DNA of 64,000 bases from an uncultured cyanobacterium (GTDB taxonomy: Bacteria; Cyanobacteriota; Cyanobacteriia; Cyanobacteriales; CAWCAG01), in contig CAWDOD010000010.1 in NCBI GenBank assembly GCA_963803805.1, positions 448,001-512,000 of the forward strand. Direction: 5' to 3'. The notes below the pieces were generated by a model. That model made no database searches. It saw only the letters and a program-made list of their open reading frames with translations, and was not told the origin of the DNA. The position numbers and the translations under genes are program-made. This document shows, in pieces, positions 57,781 through 64,000 of this stretch (the stretch's first letter is position 1; the number at the start of each line of letters is the position of its first letter).

Positions 57781-59379
57781 TTACCTATTGGTGATTTGTG
57801 CAAACTGCCAACTTTTGGTTTCTGGATTCCAAATTAAGAAATAGCGCAAATTATGGCTAGAAACTTTGCCGTTATTCATATTATATTTGAAGCGCACATC
57901 AACCTTAGCTGTTTCTTCTTTTTCTTCTGCTACCTTAATTTGTTGTACGTCTACAAAGTCTACTGTACTAAACCAAGTTGCATAGGAAACATAGCCTCTC
58001 GGATGTACTCTAGGATTATTTTGTAACTCTTCAGGTAACTGTTCCCAAGCAGCTTGTAATTTACCATTGTTTAAGTTGCTGTAATAATCTAATACAGTTT
58101 GTTCTGGAGAAGGTCGAGAAACTTCTTGTCTGTCTGGTTGAGATTTTTCAGTTACGGGAGAATTGTTACTTTCAACAGGTGGGGAGGAATTCTCTTCTTG
58201 ATTAGCAACTTCTTCCCTAACCGGGGCATTATTTTGAGTTTGAGTTGGTTCTGTTTGAGAATCAATTGGTGCTGAGGAGCTACTTTCAGAAGAGTCTGTC
58301 GTTGTAGTAGAAGCAGTTTCTTGGCTAGTTGTGTCCGCAGTATTGTTCAACCTCAAACCGAGCATCACAGCACCACCAATTATACCAGCCATGATTATGC
58401 TACCGATGATAATACTACCAGCAAGACCAGATTTTCTATTCGGAACGGTTACAGTTTGGCTAGCAGGGGCAGCAACAGCTACGGTAGGAGAAAATTCTGC
58501 TTGGGAAACGGGATAGCTATTTCCTGGGGCAACGGCTACTGTAGGTGCATTATCAAGATTACTTTGCAAAGCTGCCAACATTTGGTGGGCATCATTGAAG
58601 CGATCGCGGGGATGACTCATAATCCCTTTGTTAAGTACTGTGGCTAACTGAGGACTAACTTGAGGGGCGTATTGCTGCCAAAGAAGTTCATCAGTTTGAG
58701 GATCATTAACTAACTCCTGGGGCATTTTCCCTGTTAAACAATAAATTCCTACTAACCCCAAACCATAAAGATCACTAGCATAAACTGGCCTTCCGGCAGC
58801 TTGTTCACTAGCCATGAAACCAGGAGTACCAATAACAATAGAATTGGTGGCGTTACCTTGAGAATTAACCACCGTACCCATGGCTTCTTTCACTGCACCA
58901 AAATCAATGAGTACAGGTTGATTATCCACAGAACGAATAATAATATTATCCGGTTTAATATCCCGATGAACGATGCGATTAGAGTGGATATAAGCCAACA
59001 CAGGTAGAAGACTAGCTAACACTCCTTTTACCTGGTTTTCTGCTAACTTACCCTGTTGTTCAACCAGTTTAGTCAGAGTCTCCCCTTCTATCCATTCCTG
59101 CACCAAGTAAAACTGATCAGCTTCAGAAAAATAGGCATATAAATTAGGTATTTGATTATTACCTTGGCCTAATTTTTCTAAGGTTGCCGCCTCTCTTTGG
59201 AAGCGATCTTTAACCAATTGATAGTATTGGGGATCGTTGGTGACGGGCTTCAGTTGCTTAATAACACAGCGTCTTCCGGAGGGCATATGGGTATCTTCTG
59301 CTAGGAAAGTATTGCCAAAACCACCCTCGCCAAGGGGTTTAACGATGCGATAGCGATTGTTTAAAAGGTTAGATGTCAT
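57781..59379 (-). CDS. Hanks-type Ser/Thr protein kinase with TM and extracytoplasmic domain
   Basis: LGEGGFG, VIKQL, HRDIKPDN, IDFG and GTPGF motifs, then a TM segment and an S/T-rich linker. Confidence 0.95.
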   Translation of the reverse strand: MTSNLLNNRYRIVKPLGEGGFGNTFLAEDTHMPSGRRCVIKQLKPVTNDPQYYQLVKDRFQREAATLEKLGQGNNQIPNLYAYFSEADQFYLVQEWIEGETLTKLVEQQGKLAENQVKGVLASLLPVLAYIHSNRIVHRDIKPDNIIIRSVDNQPVLIDFGAVKEAMGTVVNSQGNATNSIVIGTPGFMASEQAAGRPVYASDLYGLGLVGIYCLTGKMPQELVNDPQTDELLWQQYAPQVSPQLATVLNKGIMSHPRDRFNDAHQMLAALQSNLDNAPTVAVAPGNSYPVSQAEFSPTVAVAAPASQTVTVPNRKSGLAGSIIIGSIIMAGIIGGAVMLGLRLNNTADTTSQETASTTTTDSSESSSSAPIDSQTEPTQTQNNAPVREEVANQEENSSPPVESNNSPVTEKSQPDRQEVSRPSPEQTVLDYYSNLNNGKLQAAWEQLPEELQNNPRVHPRGYVSYATWFSTVDFVDVQQIKVAEEKEETAKVDVRFKYNMNNGKVSSHNLRYFLIWNPETKSWQFAQITNR

Positions 59380-59514
59380 CAGTTTATTGCCAAAGGGAAT
59401 AGTAAAGGTTGGTTGGAAAAGATTATTTTGTATCTTAACTGCAATGAATCGCTCAAATAGTAACCTTTAGCCTGACAATAGAAATAAATAGTCAAATTTT
59501 TTTACACATAGGCA

Positions 59515-59976
59515 ATGGCACATCAGATTGAAGATATTGATGGTATAACTCCTTTTTATGTCAATCAATTAGAAAGGGCAAATATCAATACTGTAGAGGA
59601 ACTCTTAGAAAAAGGTAAGTCTGTAGCGGGAAGAAAAGAATTATCCCAAGTTGCAGGCATTGAAGAAGGAATGATCTTTCGCTGGTTACATTTAGCTGAC
59701 TTAATCCAAATCAAAGGAGTAGGAGGGGAGTACTCGAAGTTATTAGAAGCAGCAGGAGTAGAGAGTGTCGAGAAACTTGGCCAGGTTTCAGCCAATGAAC
59801 TTTATGAGGAGATTTTAAGGGTCAATGAACAACTGAAAATTGTCAAGTTGCTTCCTTCTTTTGAGCAAATAATTAACTGGATCTCCCAAGCGAAAGAACG
59901 TCCTGTGATTATTGAAGAAGAATCGCGCTATAACTGGGATAATAATTCTGAATGGTCTATTGAATGGGCTGATTAA
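59515..59976 (+). CDS. DUF4332 (HhH-like) protein
   Basis: IEDIDGI and ADLIQIKGVGGEYSKLLEAAGV motifs. Confidence 0.8.
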   Translation: MAHQIEDIDGITPFYVNQLERANINTVEELLEKGKSVAGRKELSQVAGIEEGMIFRWLHLADLIQIKGVGGEYSKLLEAAGVESVEKLGQVSANELYEEILRVNEQLKIVKLLPSFEQIINWISQAKERPVIIEEESRYNWDNNSEWSIEWAD

Positions 59977-59995
59977 TTAGCTTAGGGGTTAAAGG

Positions 59996-60523
59996 TTGAA
60001 ACATAAGAGACGAATTGGTTTGTTTTGTTTCGGGCTAATGCTAATGCTTAGCTTTACCTTTGCAGGCTGTAGCACTGTCACCACAGAGCAGTACCAAGCT
60101 ACAGCCTTAACCAAACTTACTTGGCAAGTTAAGTATACTCCTGAATATCAGGGGCAAAGTGAACGAGAAAGACGTTTTGAGGAGTTTGCTTCTGCCTCTT
60201 TGGTTAATCTTAACGGTATTAAACCTGATGAGGTTCTTACTCCCCCGGATGATCAAGGTTTATGGTGGCCCAAAGTACCACCTAAACCGAGTTTAGATGA
60301 AATTGAACAGAGAGCAAAATCTCAAGAAAAGCACCATCGCCCGGAGTTATTACGACAAGTTAGCTATGAGATTAGTTATCAAGATGGGGGGAATAGCGTT
60401 ACCTTGCCCACTAACTACGATGTTTATAGACAGGTGGTTAAGTCTTTACCTCAAAAAGAAACTTTGCGCTTAACTTTAGGGGTTCGTAATCGATCTGTGG
60501 AACAGGCGGAATCAATCAGTTAA
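59996..60523 (+). CDS. Hypothetical lipoprotein
   Basis: Basic N-terminus, hydrophobic core and FAG-C lipobox. Confidence 0.7.
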   Translation: MKHKRRIGLFCFGLMLMLSFTFAGCSTVTTEQYQATALTKLTWQVKYTPEYQGQSERERRFEEFASASLVNLNGIKPDEVLTPPDDQGLWWPKVPPKPSLDEIEQRAKSQEKHHRPELLRQVSYEISYQDGGNSVTLPTNYDVYRQVVKSLPQKETLRLTLGVRNRSVEQAESIS

Positions 60524-60590
60524 CAGTTATCAATTAACAGTTGTTAGTTGTCTAATTAGCAGTTAGCGATTAGCTATTAGCCGTTAGCAA
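60518..60590. repeat. Degenerate heptamer tandem repeat array
   Basis: cagttaa/cagttat/caattaa/cagttgt...ttagcag/ttagcga/ttagcta/ttagccg/ttagcaa. Confidence 0.75.
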
Positions 60591-60592
60591 AC

Positions 60593-61252
60593 TTATTTAG
60601 CATTGGCATAGAAACCAATTTCAAATAAGTCCCGCACTCCAGTAAAACCTTGCCCAATAAAAAATAGCAAAGCAATAGTATTAAGGATAATATGAACTTT
60701 GCGCCAAGTTAGGGATTTATCTTGATAAATATCTTGGATAATTGCCAAAGAAAAAATCATCAGCAAAGTGGCAGCCATTCCTAAATAAAAATGGGACCAA
60801 TACCACTCATTGCTACGGCGAAAGATGCCATCTTGGCAACCTAGGATAACTATGCCCATACCAGTTAGGGTAGCAAAGACACCGCGCCAAAGTTTCTGTC
60901 TTGCTCGATAAAGGAAGATTAAGGAAGCAATGGTGAGGGCAAAGAGAAGGAAAATAAAGACTGTTTGAAAAGGATCACTATTCCATAATTTGTTCGCCAC
61001 AATATTTTTGAGAACAATAGCATAAGCAAACCCAACTAAACTCAATATCACTACTGCACTAGCTAACCAACGCCCCAACTGAACGTGTTCTTTACCTACT
61101 GCTGGAGGGATTTTACTTTTGATGCCCTCCGCTAACTGGAGGCGACGCTGGCGTGTAGCCCAAGCAAAGTTAACCACAATGCCAATGAGGGGAAAAACGA
61201 CAATAACAGCTAGGGTAGGATGAATTAAAGAAAGAAAATCTGAAGCAGTCAT
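60593..61252 (-). CDS. DUF4079 membrane protein
   Basis: LIHP, EHVQLG, SHFYLG, KVHI and GFTGVRDL with conserved histidines in TM segments. Confidence 0.8.
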   Translation of the reverse strand: MTASDFLSLIHPTLAVIVVFPLIGIVVNFAWATRQRRLQLAEGIKSKIPPAVGKEHVQLGRWLASAVVILSLVGFAYAIVLKNIVANKLWNSDPFQTVFIFLLFALTIASLIFLYRARQKLWRGVFATLTGMGIVILGCQDGIFRRSNEWYWSHFYLGMAATLLMIFSLAIIQDIYQDKSLTWRKVHIILNTIALLFFIGQGFTGVRDLFEIGFYANAK

Positions 61253-61446
61253 AGTTTTATTTTGGGAATAGGGAATAGCGTTAATTAAAAATTAAAAACT
61301 AGGATTTGACAGATACTAATAGCATAGATAAAAGACTGAAGAAATACTTCTTGACAATATCAGGATTTTACAGAGGTTTCAGCGAGTGTTTATTGAAAGG
61401 GAACAGGGAATAGTCAATGGTTTTCTCCCTGTCTCCCCCTCAATGT

Positions 61447-61944
61447 CTACTTTGAAGCTAAGGTTGCGTAACCGAAGGTGGCATTGAACTTGCGACACCA
61501 AATTACTGTAGATTGGTAATCTGCCAGGTTGACATTATCGGGAATTTCATAGCGTTGGCTTCCCTGAATGCTTTGTAATTCACCGAGGCTAATATAGTCT
61601 GCTTCTTGATAGGTTTTGGGGACTTCTGATTTATGTAACAAAACAAATAAATCTGGTCCGTCATCGCTTTTAAAAGTGTCATCAAATTCCAAATAATTCT
61701 TACCATTTTCATTGACGATAGTCACTACCCCCATAGTGGGATGTTCTGCTTCTACAAAGTTACCAGTAGCAGTTGCTTGCACTTCACTAGAGGTTTCGGA
61801 AGTATCAGCAGTAGTTGTTTCTTCTATTGTTGGACTCTCAGAAGTGTCTTCTGAGGAGGATTCTGGTGTTTCTGTGGCACAACTTGCTAAAAAAAGTGCT
61901 ATGGAAGCGGCGATCGCTAATTTTTTGAGTTTACTGATATTCAT
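61447..61944 (-). CDS. DM13 domain lipoprotein
   Basis: LASC lipobox, GPDLFV and VIWCRKFNATFG motifs. Start probably 61944. Confidence 0.85.
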   Translation of the reverse strand: MNISKLKKLAIAASIALFLASCATETPESSSEDTSESPTIEETTTADTSETSSEVQATATGNFVEAEHPTMGVVTIVNENGKNYLEFDDTFKSDDGPDLFVLLHKSEVPKTYQEADYISLGELQSIQGSQRYEIPDNVNLADYQSTVIWCRKFNATFGYATLASK

Positions 61945-62204
61945 AAAAAATACCTCATCATTAAAGTTATTGCTAGTAATAATTTTCAACTAAAACCCTA
62001 ACTTTAAATTAGGAATAAATGAGAACTTGAAGAGAAAATGGTGAGATATGGCTTCAGGTGTTAGGTAAGCTGATGTGCATTTAAACTGTGTATTACTCAA
62101 CGAGGAAAGAAGCTAGGCAATTTTCTTCCCTACTTCTTCATTATTCTTAGAGATAATTTCATTTAGCTAAGTCACACTTAAAGCTACATTAACAAAAGGA
62201 AAAT

Positions 62205-64000
62205 ATGACAGTATCTAGATGGGGTAAAAGAAGACTTTTCAGGGGCGGTAAGTCAAAATGGCTAATTATTATGGCGATATTATTCGGGTGTACCACGGCT
62301 ATAGCTTGGTTTCCTGAAATAGGTCAGGTTACTAATTTTTTTACACAATTAAATCAAGAGCAAGGAAATCTTACTTTTTGGTTAGAAGTTCCTGATTGTA
62401 AGCAGCAATATTATTTATTTCTACCTACTATTATTTTGTTTGGTATTGCCCAAGGAGTGATGAAAGTTTCACCCCAACCACAAAAATGGTCGCGGGTAAT
62501 TATTGTGGCTATTGTTCTTGCTGTAACAGTGCGTTATTTAATGTGGCGTAGTTTGTCTACTCTTAACTTAGATACTCTTTTAAGCGGTATTTTTAGCTTT
62601 AGTTTATTAGGGTTGGAAGTGATTATAATTGCTATGGTTGCTATCCAGCTATTTTTCTTACTACATCGCAAAGTAAGAAACAAAGAAGCAGACAGAATGG
62701 CAGTGGCAGTAATAGAGCAAACTTATACTCCTTCGGTAGATATTTTTATCCCTACTTACAATGAACCAACTGAAGTTTTACGCCGGACAATTATTGGTTG
62801 CCAAGCTTTAGATTACCCCAACCAAACTGTCTATCTTCTTGATGATAGTCGTCGCCCAGAAATAGCTCAATTAGCTTTGAAGTTAGACTGTAAGTATATT
62901 ACTAGACCTAATAATGTTCATGCTAAAGCAGGTAATTTAAACCATGGTTTAGGCAAAACTCAAGGAGAATTAATTGCTGTTTTTGATGCGGATTTTATCC
63001 CTACTAAAAACTTCCTTACCCGTACCGTAGGCTTCTTTAAAAAAGCTAACATTGCTTTAGTGCAAACCCACCAAGAGTTTTATAACTTTGAACCTTTAGG
63101 CCGCAATTTAGGTTTGGCAACAGTTATTCCCCACGATCAAGAACTTTTTTCTCGCCACAACCAACCTATTCGTGACGGGGCTAATATTGCTATGTGTTAT
63201 GGTAGTTCTTTTGTGGTGAGAAGAAGCCATTTAGAAAGGATTGGCGGCTTTGTAACTGAATCTTTAAGTGAAGATTACGCCACCAGTATTAAGCTTTCTG
63301 CTTCTGGTTATCAAGTCATTTATTTAGCAGAAAAATTAAGCGCCGGTTTAGCGGCAGAAAATATCGAAGGATTAATGACCCAAAGATTACGTTGGGCGAG
63401 GGGAACTTTACAAACTTTTTTCATTGATGCCAATCCTTTAACCATCCCCGGACTAAATTTTCGTCAAAGATTAGCTAACTTTGAAAGTTTACTTTATTGG
63501 TTTACAAATATCTCACGGGCTGCTTTTTTGATTTTACCCATAGTCTATGCTCTCTTAGAGATTATCCCTGTCCAAGCTACTATTAGTGAATTACTCTATT
63601 TTTTCTTACCTTATTACCTATTAAACATAGCTGCTTTTTCCTGGTTAAATAACCATTCCCGTTCTGCTATTACTCTAGACTTTGCTAATGTTGTTTATTG
63701 TATTCCTGTAGCCCTAACTGTAATTCAAACCCTAATCAAACCCTTTTCTCAAGGATTCAAAGTAACACCAAAAGGAATCTACCGCGATCGCTTTCATTTA
63801 AACTGGTTATTAGCTACTCCTTTAATCCTAATTTTCCTTGGCACTTTAATGGCATTAGGACGTAGTTTTGGCTTGTGGCTATCACCAACTTTAGCCTCTA
63901 ATAATTTAGGTTTGATTTGGTTTTGGAGTACCTACAATCTTTTTTTGTTAGGTATAGCAATTCTTTCTTTAATTGATGTTCCTCAGCCTAATGCCTATCC
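62205..64000 (+). CDS. Cellulose synthase catalytic subunit-like GT2 (BcsA type), 3' end outside window
   Basis: Not in the ORF track. PSVDIFIPTYNEP, LLDD, HAKAGNLN, FDADF, SEDY, QRLRW and FKVTPK motifs. Confidence 0.9.
   Translation, partial: MTVSRWGKRRLFRGGKSKWLIIMAILFGCTTAIAWFPEIGQVTNFFTQLNQEQGNLTFWLEVPDCKQQYYLFLPTIILFGIAQGVMKVSPQPQKWSRVIIVAIVLAVTVRYLMWRSLSTLNLDTLLSGIFSFSLLGLEVIIIAMVAIQLFFLLHRKVRNKEADRMAVAVIEQTYTPSVDIFIPTYNEPTEVLRRTIIGCQALDYPNQTVYLLDDSRRPEIAQLALKLDCKYITRPNNVHAKAGNLNHGLGKTQGELIAVFDADFIPTKNFLTRTVGFFKKANIALVQTHQEFYNFEPLGRNLGLATVIPHDQELFSRHNQPIRDGANIAMCYGSSFVVRRSHLERIGGFVTESLSEDYATSIKLSASGYQVIYLAEKLSAGLAAENIEGLMTQRLRWARGTLQTFFIDANPLTIPGLNFRQRLANFESLLYWFTNISRAAFLILPIVYALLEIIPVQATISELLYFFLPYYLLNIAAFSWLNNHSRSAITLDFANVVYCIPVALTVIQTLIKPFSQGFKVTPKGIYRDRFHLNWLLATPLILIFLGTLMALGRSFGLWLSPTLASNNLGLIWFWSTYNLFLLGIAILSLIDVPQPNAY

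Noticed and set aside
5153-60590. Short repeat tracts considered as a CRISPR array
   Set aside because: They are 7/14-bp tandem units with no unique spacers, and no cas genes are present.
6559-61993. Numerous short ORFs antisense or out of frame within long genes (e.g. 6559, 8270, 12507, 21767, 23394, 31668, 41698, 46693, 46842, 58321, 61712)
   Set aside because: They lie within well-supported CDSs and have no independent motifs.

Overview
A 64-kb AT-rich chromosomal window from a cyanobacterium. Evidence for this: frequent HIP1 octamers GCGATCGC, both cyAbrB paralogues, an Hlip, ndhP, pmgA, ftrC, Tic22 genes and an NtcA box. Most of it is housekeeping genes (sdhB, lepB, pyrC, ispH, amt, purE, nagA, cobD, prmC, polA, lptA/B/F-G, a partial cellulose synthase and tRNA-Pro). 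The most notable accessory element is an intact retron-type reverse transcriptase resembling the Mx162/Sa163 group (45719-47122). It has its own promoter, no room for an upstream msr-msd RNA and none of the usual partner genes, and it faces an unannotated 29-aa hydrophobic micro-ORF. Other points of interest: a tandem pair of Pol-beta (RlaP/YcgL-like) nucleotidyltransferases, a small secreted-type peptide with a PatS/PatX-like RGGTGR motif, an orphan phosphorothioation-associated methyltransferase, pyrR interrupted by an in-frame stop, a probably frameshifted sensor kinase, three families of short MITE-like or dispersed repeats, two candidate sRNAs, and small genes missing from the ORF track. 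No CRISPR array, rRNA or transposase was seen. All family assignments come from motif recognition by eye; no database searches were run.
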